Source: Mustelus asterias (lineage: Eukaryota). Taken from it: a stretch of DNA of 64,000 bases. The translations under genes were made by a program, and so were the position numbers. Positions 11,036 through 23,143 of the stretch are shown here, one piece after another (position 1 is the stretch's first letter; each line of letters opens with the position of its first letter). Location: contig NC_135811.1 of assembly GCF_964213995.1 (NCBI RefSeq), forward strand, positions 30,814,001 through 30,878,000, given 5' to 3'. The notes under the pieces were generated by a model, which did no database searches, had not been told where the DNA came from, and saw only the letters and a program-made list of their open reading frames with translations.

Positions 11036-14000
11036 ACTGTTGCAGTTGCGGTGACGGAGACATGGTTAAAAGAAGGACAGGACTGGCAGCTGAATATTCC
11101 GGGGTATAAGTGTTTTAGGCGAGACAGAGGAGGGGCTAAAAAAGGTGGGGGAGTAGCGGTATTAGTTAGGGAGCATATTACAGCGGTGCAGAGGGTGGAC
11201 AATTTAGAGGGGTCATGTAATGAGTCGCTGTGGGTGAAGCTCAGAAACAGGAAAGGTGCAATCACTATGCTGGGGGTATACTACAGGCCACCCAACAGCC
11301 CACGAGAAGTGGAGGAATGGATATGTCAGGAGATTCTGGATATGTGCAGAAAAAATAGGGTTGTTGTAGTGGGAGACTTCAATTTCCCTGGTATAGACTG
11401 GAAAGTGCTTAGGGCTGGGGGTCTGGACGGGGAGGAATTTGTAAAATACATACTGGAATGTTCTTTGGAACAGTATGTAGATAGCCCAACTAGAGAGGGG
11501 GCTATACGGGATCTAGTTCTGGGAAATGAGCCCGGTCAGGTCGTCAAAGTTTCGGTAGGGGAACATGTGTCAAGTAGTGACCACAACTCTGTTAACTTTA
11601 GGATAGTAATGGACAAGGACGAGTGTTGTCCTAAGGGTAGGGTGCTAAATTGGGGGAAGGCTAACTATAGCCGGATTAGGCAGGAATTGGTGGCAGTTGA
11701 TTAGGAGAGGCTGTTCAGGGGTAAGTCCACGTCTGGCATGTGGGAGTCTTTTAAGGGACAGTTGATAAGGCTGCAGGACAGGCATGTGCCTGTAAAAAGG
11801 AAGGATAGGAAAGGTAGGATTCGAGTGCCGTGGATAACCAGGGAAATTGAGGATCTGATCAAAAAGAAAAGAGAGGCATACGTTAGGTCATAGAAATCAT
11901 AGAAACCCTACAGTACAGAAAGAGGCCATTCGGCCCATCGAGTCTGCACCGACCACAATACCACCCAGGCCCTACCCCCATATCCCTACATATTTTACCC
12001 ACTAATCCCTCTAATCTACATATCCCAGGACACTAAGGGGCAATTTTAGCATGGCCAATCAACCTAACCCGCACATCTTTGGACTGTGGGAGGAAACCGG
12101 AGCACCCGGAGGAAACCCACGCAGACACGAGGAGAATGTGCAAACTCCACACAGACAGTGACCCAAGCCGGGAATCGAACCCAGGTCCCTGGAGCTGTGA
12201 AGCAGCAGTGCTAACCACTTGTGCTACCGTGCCGTCCAGGCAACTGAAAACAGATGGAGCTCTGGAGGAATACAGAGAGAGTAGGAAAGAACTCAGATGG
12301 GGAGTTAGAAGGGCAAAAAGAGGTCACGAAGTGTTCTTGGCAGACAGGATTAAGGAGAATCCTAAGGCATTTTATTCATGTGTTAGGAACAAAAGAGTTG
12401 TCAGGGAAAAAGTCAGACCTCTCGGGGGCAAAGGAGGGGAATTATGCTTAGAACCCAAGGGAACAGGGGAGATCCTAAATGAGTACTTTGCATCGGTATT
12501 CACAAAGGAGAGGGACTTGTTGACTGGGAGTGTCTCAGAGGGAGGTGTTGACCCGTTAGAGAGAATCTCCATTACAAGGGAGGAAGTGTTAGGTTTTTTA
12601 GGTAACATTAAAACTGACAAATCCCCAGGGCCTGATGGCATCTATCCTAGACTGCTCAGGGAGACAAGAGATGTAATTGCTGGGCCTTTGACAGAAATAT
12701 TTGTCTCTTCATTGGACACAGGTGAGGTCCCTGAGGATTGGAGGATAGCGAATGTGGTACCGTTATTTAAGGAGGGTAGCAGGGATAACCCGGGTAATTA
12801 TAGGCCAGTGAGCTTGACGTCCGTGGTGAGGAAGTTGTTGGAGAGGATTCTTAGAGACAGGATGTATGCGCATTTAGAATGGAACAATCTCATTAGTGAC
12901 AGACAGCATGGTTTTGTAAGAGGGAGGTCGTGCCTTACAAATTTGGTGGAGTTTTTTGAGGAAGTGACAAAAACGGTTGACGATGGAAGGGCCATGAATG
13001 TCATCTATGTGGATTTCAGAAAGGCATTTGACAAAGTCCCTCATGGCAGGTTGGTTAAGAAAGTTAAGGCTCATGGGATACAAGGAGAGGTGGCTAGATG
13101 GGTAGAAAACTGGCTTGGCCACAGGAGACAGAGGGTAACAGTCGAAGGGTCTTTTTCCGGCTGGAGGTCTGTGACCAGTGGTGTTCCACAGGGCTCTGTA
13201 CTGGGACCTCTGCTATTTGTGATATATATAAATGATTTGGAAGAAGGTGTAACTGGTGTTATCAGCAAGTTTGCTGATGACACGAAGATGGCTGGACTTG
13301 CGGATAGCGATGAACATTGTCGGACAATACAGCAGGATATGGATAGGCTGGAAAATTGGGCGGAGAAATGGCAGATGGAATTTAATCCCAATAAATGCGA
13401 AGTGATGCATTTTGGAAGAACTAATGTAGAGGGGAGTTATACAATAAATGGCAGAGCCATCAAGAGTATAGAAACACAGAGGGAACTAGGTGTGCAAGTC
13501 CACAAATCCTTGAAGGTGGCAGCACAGGTGGAGAAGGTGGTGAAGAAGGCATATGATATGCTTGCCTTTATAGGACGGGGTATAGAGTATAAAAGCTGGA
13601 GTCTGATGTTGCAGCTGTACAGAACGCTGGTTAGGCCACATTTGGAGTACTGCATCCAGTTCTGGTCGCCGCACTACCAGAAGGACGTGGAGGCTTTAGA
13701 GAGAGTGCAGAGAAGGTTTACCAGGATGTTGCCTGGTATGGAGGGTCTTAGCTATGAGGAGAGATTGGGTAAACTGGGGTTGTTCTCCCTGGAAAGACGG
13801 AGAATGAGGGGAGACCTAATAGAGGTGTACAAAATTATGAAGGGTACAGATAGGGTGAACGGTGGGAAGCTTTTTCCCAGGTCGGAGGTGATGATCACGA
13901 GGGGTCGCGGGCTCAAGGTGAGAGGGGCGAGGTATAACTCAGATATCAGAGGGACGTTTTTTACACAGAGGGTGGTGGGGGCCTGGAATGCGCTGCCAAG

Positions 14001-14173
14001 TAGGGTGGTGGAGGCAGACACGCTGGCATCGTTTAAGACTTACCTGGATAGTCACATGAGCAGTCTGGGAATGGAGGGATACAAACGAATGGTCTAGTTG
14101 GACCAATAAGCGGCACAGGCTTGGAGGGCCGAAGGGCCTGTTTCCTGTGCTGTACTGTTCTTTGTTCTTTGTT
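11036..14173 (+). mobile_element. CR1 LINE ORF2 (APE + RT), young, interrupted by a SINE
   Basis: ETWL, GDFN and SDH motifs; one stop at 11702; open frame 12234-14097 with [22 protein letters not shown]; (TTGTTCT) tail. Confidence 0.95.
11890..12233 (-). mobile_element. HE1-type V-SINE inserted in CR1 ORF2
   Basis: Minus-strand A and B boxes, GGCCATGCTAAAATTGCCCC V domain, CR1-like (TTCTATGA) tail, GTC duplicated at both junctions. Confidence 0.93.
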
Positions 14174-14864
14174 AATTTTTTTATCTGTCCTGAAAGTAAA
14201 TGAAACTATTTTCAAGTCTATAAGATTTTTTAGGAACTGGAAAGGACCAGCGAGCTCAAACAAGCTTGTGCCTTTTTCATAGATTAGTCACACCTCACAA
14301 ATCTTTCTCTTTCCAGAACTGCAGCCAATTAACTCTTGAAGCTATGTTATTTAATTAGTGGACTATTTAGCGAGAGTTTGTGTTCCCCTTTTATAACAGT
14401 TTTATTCACTTTACCACTAACATCACCAAGGAGAAAGTAAGAATCTTACTCCTGTGAAAATGCGATTATTGAGATGTTTTTCCTTACTTTGAAAGATTTA
14501 CTGTTCTTCTGAATTATTCATTTTTCACATGTATGAATGAATCTCAACAATCGGTATGTTATCCAGTATGTTAATTTAATTATTCTTCTTTCCACTATTA
14601 TCCTGTTTCCATAAATGTACTCTGGGCCCTAGTCTTCTCAAAGGTATTATTAATGCTGATTTGTACTGGAAGACATGAAGTAATTCTGCTTTTCTCACTC
14701 TGAACAAAGCACACTGCTCACACAAGAGGTACCGATAATATATTTTACTCTTGACATAATAGTTTAATTATTAACAAATGATCTGTTTAGTTCTTGCTTT
14801 ATAAAACATACAACCACAATACCAAGTTTGAGCATTGATTTACTCCCAGTTGTGCGTTTGACTA

Positions 14865-15900
14865 ATAGAATCATAGCACCTTACAATACAGAAGTAGGCA
14901 ATTCAGCCCATCATCTGTGTGCCAGCTCAAGCAAAGGGCTATACAAATTAGTGCCACTATTGTCTTCTTTCCCCAAAGCCTTGCATTTTTCTCCTCTTTC
15001 AGTATTTATGAAATATTTTTGAAAGTTATTGTATGTGAAATGGCTTTCGCTAACCTTTCAGACAATGCATTCGAGCTGCTTGCAAAAAATGTTTTCTCAA
15101 ATCATGTCAGGCTCTTTTGCCAATTACTTTAAATTTATGTTCTCCGCTTACTGACACTTTGGCCATTGGAAACTGTTTCCCCTATTTATCCTCTCAAAAC
15201 CCTTCAGTATTTTGAAAACCTCGATTAAATATCTTTCTTTGTCTCTACTGTAAGGAGTACAATTTGTTTTTCTAGTCTCTTCATGTGTCTGAATTCCCTC
15301 AATCTTGGTAGCATTTTAGTAAATCTCCTCTGCACCTTCTCCAAAGACTTGACATTCTTCTAGACGTGCGGTGCCTAGAATTGAACACAATGTTCCAGAT
15401 CATGTCTAAGCAGTGATTTGTGAAGGTTTACTACAACATCCATGTTTTTGGACTCAGTGTCTCTATTATTAAAGCCAAGGACCTGTATACTTTTTTGACA
15501 TCCTTCTCAACTTGTCCTTCCATCTTAAAGATTTCTGTACATAGCCCTCCAGATCTCTTGCTCACCTTTTAAAATTGTATCATCTGACTTATATTACATC
15601 TCTTCATTCTTCTGCCAAAAATGCATCGCTCATATTTCTCTACATTAAATTTCATCAGCTAAATATCTCCCATTTCAACAGTCTATCTACGTCCTCCATT
15701 ACTATCTTTTTCACTGTTAGCTACTTTTCTATATTTTATATCATCTGCAAACTTTGGAATGATGCTCTGTATACCCAAGTCTAGGCTATGATTTTATATC
15801 AAAAACAGCAGTTGTCTTAATACTAGTCCCTGGAGGACATGACATATATTTTCTTCTAGTCTGAAAAACAACAATTGACCACTACTCTGTTTTCTGTCTA
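14865..15900 (-). mobile_element. Old degraded CR1 3' fragment
   Basis: Reverse-strand similarity to CR1 ORF2 C-terminus and tail (tagaatcatag...; atcatctgcaaactt encodes KFADD). Confidence 0.75.
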
Positions 15901-16091
15901 TTAGCTAATATTTCCTCATTAGTATTCACGATCAATTGTTGATCTCCAGCAGTTACAAAGAACATAATCATTCCAGATGTTTCCCTACTCTGTGTATTGT
16001 GCCAATATCAATACAATACTCTCTAACAGTCCAGGCGAAAGCCATCTAACTCTGTTCTACCTCACAGAGTGCAGATGCATATACAAAATAT

Positions 16092-16298
16092 ATATCTCAA
16101 ATCTATTCTGGTTGCAGTTAAAGGCATTACCAAAAAGTGACAAAATAGAACTGCTAATATTTCTGCATAAATTCTTATAAAGTGAATGTTCCTTAGCATT
16201 GGATGGTTATGAATAAATATAGAATTAAGAAGCAAACCATATTGCGTATGCAGTGATTCAGGACCTTGTTCCATTAGTGCATTGTTTTACACCAATTC
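16092..16298. repeat. Left arm of an old inverted repeat (partner about 18309-18873)
   Basis: Reverse complement aligns, for example AACTGCAACCAGAATAGATTTGAGATAT vs AACTGCAATCAGAATAGATTTGAGATAT. Confidence 0.8.
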
Positions 16299-16779
16299 AT
16301 CCTGATGGTTTTCCACATATTGAATTCCTGATTTTAGCTGAATCGTCAGGTTTATCTGCCAAGCTCAGCATTGTACCCCTGGACAACATACTGATTGTAA
16401 ATTAACCAGAGGAGGCAGAAATAATGGGTAGAGCCACCCTGGTTAACAATGCTAGTGGAGAATAACGGAACACTATTAGCACAGACCGAGGTGCATGTCA
16501 ACTATTTGAGATCTGTCGACTGGAAAACACCATCTGTTATGAGGGGAACCTGTAAAGGGCATAAGCAACTTTTAAAAATTGGAAGGAAATATAAATTAAG
16601 AAGAGCAAACTGCAAAATCGTGCCGGATAAAAATGAATTGTGATATTATTTGGAAATGAAAACAAATGAATGGCTTAATTGGGGAAAATGTGCGCAAATG
16701 ATCTGAATCTGTTCCTATTTTAAAATTATAACCTTTCCGTCCAAAATACAGCAGAATTTAGCAAACTTCTACGTGCATA

Positions 16780-18305
16780 CGAACATACAAAATAGGAACA
16801 GAAGTAGGCCATTTTTCCCCTCCAGCCCTGATGCGCGATATAACTCACGAGGCTAGAGATGCTCGAGGAAATAAAGGCTTTTATTAACTATTACAATAGA
16901 GCTACCATATATAGTACATGATCCCAGACTGAGGGGTCCCAGACAGAGCAGTGACCTTTATACCTCTCCCAGGAGGCGGAGCCCGACTGGGATGTACCAT
17001 AACTATAATACAGGTAGAACAGCCCAACCCTAACCCCAACAGTAACAAGTAGAACAACCCAACCCTAACCCCAACAGCAACATATATACAGACTCATAGT
17101 ACTGGCCAGACCCTGGCTCAGTACTGTCTGGTGGGAACCAACGATGGTTCACCACAAGCCCACACCTCCATTCAATAAGATCATGAGGGACATCTCACAA
17201 GAATTTGTTAAAATGTCAGTTCTGGTGAGAAAACCGGTGTGGAGCACTCCAGCTCCACTGGCCGGTTTCCTCCCAGAATATTCACACTTTGACAGCTAAA
17301 AGAAAGAGTGGGCAGGTTTTGCACCATGAGCCTGGTGGGGCGGGTACTCAGAGCTGGTAAAAGCCAGCTGCACAGAGATCGGGATGCCATTTTTAAAGGG
17401 CGCCCTAATCCAAACTAAAAGGACACATTAAAGTAGAGGAAATAACTTCACCCCTTATTTTTAAAAAAAATAAAGAGGACATTTGTAAACAAAAAAGTTT
17501 AAAAAGGACAATAAATATATTCCCCACTTCACCACACATCAATGTCCCCCATGAGGCACTCAAGTCCCGACCTGGCAGTGCCAACCAATGCCAGGGGACA
17601 GTGCCAGTCGACAACCTGGCCATGTCCCTCTCCACTTACCCCTGCACCCCCGGAGGGATCCCTCGACAGGTTTATGTTTTAAAAGATCTGGCGAGAACCT
17701 CGCCAATGTGAAATCACATCAGTGAGGTATGAATATTCAGTGAGGTGGATGATTCGACGACAGGACTAATTAATTATATTCAGATTTATTAAAATATATT
17801 AAAATCAGGTTCTCACCCATTATGGGTGTGAACTTGATTACGTCATCGGCAAAGGCCAATGAAAATCGGAAATCACAGTTATGCCAGAGTGAACCATGCT
17901 TTTAGAATCTGACAGTATTTTGACCCCACTCCGCTGATCCTGCGAAGAATGTGGGGTCAGAATCCTTCATCCATGGCTGATTTGTTTATGTTTTGAGTTC
18001 TCCCTTCCTGGTAACCTTTGATTCTAGCTGAATATGAATCTATCTACCTCTGCCTTAAAAATAATCAATGACTCCTCTTCAGCTGCCTTCTGAGGAAAAG
18101 AGCTCCAAATTCTCACAATCCTCTGAAAGAAAAACTTTCTTCTCATCTCCGACCAATAAGGGCAACACTTAATTTTTCAAACAGTGCCTCCTGGTCTGGA
18201 CTCACCCATAAGAGGAAATGCCCTTTCCATGTCCATTTTGTCAAGACCATTTAGAATCTTATATACTTCAATCAAATCATCCCTCACTCTTCTAAACTCC
18301 AGGGG
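16780..18305 (-). mobile_element. Old CR1 3' end split by a solo LTR and a GC-rich insertion (about 17186-17970)
   Basis: CR1 tail pieces at about 16780-16828, 17157-17186 and 17970-18305 join into a continuous 3' end. Confidence 0.7.
16829..17156 (-). mobile_element. Solo LTR (328 bp) with 5-bp TSD
   Basis: TG...CA ends; AGCCC at 16824-16828 and 17157-17161; minus-strand TATAAAA and AATAAA; internal ~35-bp tandem repeat. Confidence 0.9.
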
Positions 18306-18503
18306 GAAATAATGGTGTAGACAATAATGAATGACTGGAGTAAACTACAAGGCTATACACATCTGTGATCAACTATCTTTTATCACTGCATCACACAATA
18401 TTGCTTCCTCGTTCTATATTCATTTATAATCACCCACTGTTGAGGAATATCTACTCATTCATTCATTCAGGAATATTCATTAGCAGTTTTATATTTAGTC
18501 ACA

Positions 18504-18825
18504 GGGCAACAGGTGGCACAGTGGTTGGCACTGCTGCCGCACAGTTGTTGGCACTGCTGCCTCACAGCGCCGGAGACACGGGTTCCTGTGTGGAGTTTGC
18601 ACATTCTCCCCTGCCTGTGTGGGTTTCCTGTGGGTGCTCCGATTTCCTCCCACAGTGTAAAGGTGCGTGGGTTAGGTTGATTGGCCATGCTAAATTGCCC
18701 CTTTGTGTCAGAGGAATTAGGAGGGTAAATATGTGGGGTTACGGGGATAGGGCCTGGTGGGATTGTTGTCAGTGCAGGCTCAATGGGCCAAATGGCCTCG
18801 TTCTGTACTGCAGGGATTCTATGAT
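18504..18825 (+). mobile_element. HE1-type V-SINE
   Basis: TSD TCACA (18499-18503, 18826-18830); duplicated A-box region; V domain; CR1-like tail. Confidence 0.9.
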
Positions 18826-19129
18826 TCACATTTCAGTCATGTTTTAACTGCAATCAGAATAGATTTGAGATATGTACTGGAGTTTCTATTTTAAAGCCTT
18901 AGTAAGTCTGTGGTAGCTGTTTGTTTAATAAAGATATATATATATTATATGTTATATACTATATATGTATATATTTCATTATATATTAACATCGTTCAGC
19001 AATGGTTCAGTTGGTAGCATTTTCACTTCTGAGTCTGAATGTTGTGGGTTCACTCTGAAACTCAAGTACAACAATTCTAGACTGACACTTCAATGCAACA
19101 CTGACGGAATGCTGCACTGTTATAGATAC

Positions 19130-19337
19130 TGGCAGGGTTTTCTTGCCCTTCCTGCCGGCAGGATCTTCTAGTCCCACTGACCGTGCACCCCTGTCATGGG
19201 TTTCCCAGCAGTGTGGAGTGGGTTCAATGGGAATCCCATTGACTGCGGTTGGACCAGAAAGTCCTGCCACTTGCCAATGACAAGCCACCCCCCCACCGCT
19301 GAGAAATACGCCATATGGGGGCCAGAGAATCCCACCC
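19130..19337. mobile_element. MITE-like repeat, family 1
   Basis: Homologous to 5014-5195; ends in GAATCCCACCC. Confidence 0.55.
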
Positions 19338-19352
19338 ACTGTTTTCAGTGGA

Positions 19353-19469
19353 TGGGCAGGATTTTACAGTCTCATTCGTAAAATCCTGCCTGAGGTCAAT
19401 GGACCTTTCCACGGTCCGCCCCTCACCCACTCCGATTCCTGTGGCGGACAGGACGGTAAAATTCCAGCC
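19353..19469. mobile_element. MITE-like repeat, family 2
   Basis: GGGCAGGATTTTAC...GTAAAATTCCAGCC inverted ends; core GAGGTCAATGGACCTTT shared with 20115-20250. Confidence 0.6.
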
Positions 19470-19551
19470 GATACGTTAAAAGACGTTGTGTCAACCCTCC
19501 TAACTTTATGTTACAGATCCCAAGGCACTATTTTGAAAAAGAGCAGCAGAG

Positions 19552-19866
19552 TGGGTGGCACAGTGGCAAATACTGCTGCCTCACAGCGCCAGGGACCTGG
19601 GTTTGATTCCCAGCTTGGGTCACTGTCTCTGTGGAGTTTACACATTCTCCCCATGTCTGCACTGGTTTCCCCTGGGTACTCCGGTTTCCTCCCACACTCC
19701 AAAGATGTACAGATTAGGTGGATTGGCCGTGCTAAATTGCCCCTTACTGTCAGGGGGATTGGCTAGGGTAAATGTATGGGGATAGGGCCTGGGTGGGATT
19801 GTGATCGGTGCAGACTCGATGGGCTGAATGACTTGCTTTTGCACTGTACGATTCTATGATTCTATG
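19552..19866 (+). mobile_element. HE1-type V-SINE
   Basis: A and B boxes, GCTAAATTGCCCC, (ATTCTATG) tail. Confidence 0.9.
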
Positions 19867-20114
19867 AGTTACCCATAGTGTCCTGGCCAATATTTAATCC
19901 TCCAACCAATAGCACAAAAATATTTTTACATTGCTTTTTTGTGGGACTTATAGTATGCAAGTTAGCATCTGTGTTTCCCACAATACAAGGATGGCTACGC
20001 ATCAAGAAGTATCTAATTCATTGAGAAACATTTAAGATGGTTGTGAAAGGTACTATATATAAACAAGGCTTTCTTTCGTTTTTCCCATGGTGCTGATTCA
20101 ACCGAGATTACAAG

Positions 20115-20250
20115 TGAGATTTTCCAGTCACACCCATTCCAAGACTGGAAATTCCCTCCCGAGGTCAATGGACCTTTAAATGGTCGGTCAAATTTTCCAT
20201 CTCTCCCGCCACGGTTCCTGCAGTGGGCGGGAGCAGAAAATTTACCCCAA
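20115..20250. mobile_element. MITE-like repeat, family 2
   Basis: Homologous to 19353-19469. Confidence 0.55.
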
Positions 20251-20829
20251 AGAGTTTATTGTGTGGGCATCAGGAGTGCCAGCCCAAGATTTATCACTCC
20301 TGTGACAGAGTGCTCACGTCTATCGATGGACTACACCACTGAGTCATCATTTGAGACTTTGGTTTTGCAGAATTTGCAATACTTCACAAACATGGTGTCT
20401 TGATAACATAGTAGCAGGAGCTATGACATTTATTATTAAAAAATGAACATTCCTTTTAACTCAATAACCTCTTTTACACAAGTTTACTCATCTTGTCTTC
20501 GGTGTTTTAAAACTATGTACCATCTGGAATTTTCATTAAATCAAATAAGAAATCTTTTCTTGATTACACCTGATGCAGGGATGAGGTACAACATCTTGCC
20601 AGTAGGTTGTGCTGTGTAACACCACATCACCACAGTCCCTTTTGCCATATGTCTAAATCAAAACCAACTTCAGCATTTTCACGAAACAAGATACAACCTT
20701 GAGTTTCTCATCATCCACAGTACACACCCATGGAAATCTGCCTTATTATTTACCCAGTAATATACAATTTTTTTCACAACAATGAGATAAAGGACAATTT
20801 TAACCCCCGCCTGCCAAGAACAGTGTAAG

Positions 20830-20970
20830 AAGTTTAACAACACCAGATTAAAGTCCAACAGGTTTATTTGGTAGCAAAAGCCACACAAGCTTTCGGAGCT
20901 CCAAGCCCCTTCTTCAGGTGAGTAAACTTCTTACTGTGTTTACCCCAGTCCAACACCGGCATCTCCACAT
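20830..20970. mobile_element. Penelope family A mini-insertion (inverted pLTR end plus 3' tail) with 15-bp TSD
   Basis: CAAGAACAGTGTAAG at 20815-20829 and 20971-20985. Confidence 0.88.
20884..20920 (-). ncRNA. Minimal hammerhead ribozyme motif
   Basis: Minus strand CAC-CTGAAGA-A-GGGGCT TGG AGCTCC-GAAA-GCTT-GTG. Confidence 0.8.
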
Positions 20971-21151
20971 CAAGAACAGTGTAAGCAGAGGGGTTTAAAA
21001 TCACTTCTGTGACCAGCTGACTCCCCCATCATTCCAACTGACCTGTGCGGTTGTGTGTCCCTTGGCAAGTGGGGTCCTAATTAAAAGGTTAAAGTACCGC
21101 TTTGATATGGTCGTACCAACACGCACCACATTTTAACTATAAATTGCGGAT

Positions 21152-21460
21152 GAAAGTAAAGTTTATTTATTAGTCACAAGTAGTCTTACATTAACACTGC
21201 AATGAAGTTACTGTGAAAATCCCCTGGTTGCCACACTCCGGTGCCTGTTCAGGTGCACGGAGGGAGAATTTAGCATGACCAATTTACCTAACCTGCATAT
21301 CTTTGGACTGTGAGAGGAAACCGGAGCACCCAGAGGAAACCCATGCAGAGACGGGGAGAATGTGCAAATTCCACATAGACAGTGACCCAAACCAGGAATT
21401 GAACCTGGGTTCCTGGTGCTGTGAGGCAGCAGTGCTAACCACTATGCCACCGTGCCACCC
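21152..21460 (-). mobile_element. V-SINE (alternative-tail family)
   Basis: Reverse-complement homolog of 7783-8135. Confidence 0.9.
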
Positions 21461-22532
21461 ATTGATCTTCCCATTCTTGAATCTGCAAGCATATCCTTGC
21501 TGGATTAGCATTTGAGAAGTCCTGATGCAGTATTAAGGGAGTGGGGGGTGTTGTCTATTCTGTAGCCCACTGAATCACAGGATCTTTGTTGCCTGGATCA
21601 CCAGGTGTGTTTCAATCTTCCAGACTGCTGTAACTACTTGCAACACGGCCTGCTGTTTGCTGGGCTGGTGGGGATGGATCAGTGGACTTCAAAGGCATTA
21701 AAGCTCTGAATATTTATACTGCTGGCTCCTTTCAGTCAGCAAAAAAGGAGGTACCGGACACATGTAGTTCACAGCTACACCACCAGGCAGGACATCACCT
21801 TCCCCACTGGCCACAGCAATCAACAGGAGAGGCCTCATGGCTTTGTAGCAATTGCTGCCTATGATAGTTTGCAGCACAGAATTGACTATATGCATGTGGC
21901 CAGTGAGGCACCAGAACACAAGCCAGCAGGGTCAGTTATAGAATAGGATGCCAGTCTAACAATATTCCGTCTGATTATAGGAACATGCAGAGCTGTGCAA
22001 TTTATCCAGCAAGTTTCCTAGATGCTTTTGTTCTCAGATATGCTTCCATCCCCCTCTTACTCAATCTTAGGAGCAGCAAGACAGGATGGCAGCTAGGAAA
22101 CAACTGATAGCTCCAGACAACTGACTACTGATGCTCATGCACAATTCCACCATTCCAAAACTACTCCATTACTATTTGTAAGGAGCATTACAAATCTGAA
22201 TTAAATGTTTGAAAATTGAAACTGCTAATTAAGTTTTTCCTCCACTTCTAAAAGCGTGTGTGGAAATCAGTGTAGCAATGAGTTTTCTAGGAACAAGATT
22301 GGTGTTACTATTGCTATACTTGTTTGAATAACTATAGTTGCATTAACTTGTGATTCTTAGTTATTTTATGCTCTTAGTATTCATAACCGGGTAATATAAA
22401 TTGTATCAAAGCCTTACAAAACATTTAAAAAGCAGTTTTCAGATGCATGATTATGTTAGAAATTTTCCGAATTATTTTATTAGTGACCACTTGTAATTTC
22501 ATTACATCATCTGCAGAAAACCTCAAGAGTAA

Positions 22533-23143
22533 GTTTATTAACAGGGGGTTTGAGTTTAAGAGCTGTGGGGTTATGCTGCAACTGTACAGGACCTTGGTGA
22601 GACCACATTTGGAATATTGTGTGCATTTCTGGTCGCCTCACTATAGGAAGGATGTGGAAGCATTAGAAAGAGTGCAAAGAAGATTTACCAGGATGCTGCC
22701 TGGTTTGGAGGGTAGGTCTTATGAGGAAAGGTTGAGGGAGCTAGGGCTGTTCTCTCTGGAGCTGAGGAGGCTGAGAGGCGACTTAATAGAGGTTTATAAG
22801 ATGATGAGGAGGATAGATAGAGTGGACGTTCAGAGACTATTTCCTCGGGTGGATGTAGCTGTTACTAGGAGGCATAACTATAAGGTTCATGGTGGGAGAT
22901 ATAGGAGGGATGTCCGAGGTAGGTTCTTTACTCAGAGAGTGGTTGGGGTGTGGAATGGACTGCCTGCTGTGATAGTGGAGTCAGACACTTTAGGAAATTT
23001 CAAGCGGTTATTGGATAGGCACATGGAGCACACCAGAATGATAGGGAGTGGGATAGCTTGATCTTGGTTCGGACAAAGCTCGGCACAACATCAAGGGCTG
23101 AAGGGCCTGTACTGTGCTGTACTGTTCTATGTTCTATGTTCTA
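22533..23143 (+). mobile_element. 5'-truncated CR1 LINE (EHTRMIGSGIA subfamily)
   Basis: FINRG...RPHLEYC...; (CTATGTT) tail. Confidence 0.95.

Larger units (their letters stand above)
18995..20075 (+). mobile_element. Deu-domain-like tRNA SINE split by three nested insertions
   Basis: tRNA-like head GGTTCAGTTGGTAGC; ctgacacttcaatgcaacactga; gatcccaaggcactatttt; gtgtcctggccaatattt. Confidence 0.65.

Noticed and set aside
12079-14097. 672-aa ORF as a host gene or retron-like RT
   Set aside because: It is antisense SINE sequence fused to CR1 ORF2, with a non-ATG start.
17010-17085. CCCTAA-containing repeats as telomeric or CRISPR-like
   Set aside because: Only two tandem units inside a solo LTR, with no spacers.
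21480-22200. Possible decayed DNA transposon
   Set aside because: No termini or protein motif could be identified with confidence.
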